A DNA stretch of 64,000 bases, taken from contig CM119371.1 of the NCBI GenBank assembly GCA_051294905.1, positions 6,822,001 through 6,886,000 of the forward strand, written 5' to 3'. Shown here one piece after another: positions 63,721 to 64,000 of the stretch (position 1 is its first letter; each line of letters begins with the position of its first letter). The notes below the pieces were generated by a model. It saw nothing but the letters and a program-made list of their open reading frames with translations, did not search any database and was not told the origin of the DNA. This DNA comes from Botryllus schlosseri. Its lineage: Eukaryota. The translations under genes and the position numbers were made by a program.

Positions 63721-64000
63721 AGCTGCAGACTTGTACTAACTACTAATTGAGTTACTTCGACGGTCAAGACTAGTTCTAATTACCGATTTTGAAAGCGATT
63801 AGTTGTAGTGTTGATATTAGTGTAAACACCAACAGCGGTACACTGGCACAGTAATTGGGTGGGTTGAAAACGGTACATTTCAAACTATTAATAAAATTCT
63901 TTTTAAACGCCGATTTTATCCCTGATATTTTCACTTATCAGGCTCATTTACAATTCAGTAATTCACATTATCAGTACTGCAGTTGCTTCAGAATTGAAAC

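Overview
Animal (metazoan) genomic DNA. The dense DNA-transposon content and the expanded intronless kelch genes suggest a marine invertebrate, possibly a tunicate; this is an inference, not provable from the window. The window is a tandem array of about four diverged, TE-expanded duplication units. Three units carry an intact single-exon BTB-BACK-Kelch (Cul3 adaptor-type) gene on the minus strand (11329-12957, 29873-31483, 46923-48563), and a fourth paralog is predicted just past the right edge. Each kelch gene is followed by decayed copies of a probable multi-exon gene, one exon of which resembles a C-type lectin domain. The kelch paralogs keep a conserved scaffold but differ strongly in the predicted substrate-binding loops. 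The most striking structure is a compound hAT (Buster-type) element at 33802-40465. It consists of two apparently identical 3151-bp copies with intact transposase ORFs in direct orientation. They flank exactly two 177-bp tandem monomers plus 8 bp, with one outer TSD (ATCTATTG) and a different 8-mer repeated at both inner junctions (GCCTACAG). This is a composite-transposon or cointegrate-like architecture, nested in an older hAT element. The rest is nested non-autonomous hAT, P/Galileo-like, pogo/Tc2-like and Kolobok-like elements, foldback MITEs, short tandem duplications and probable excision footprints.
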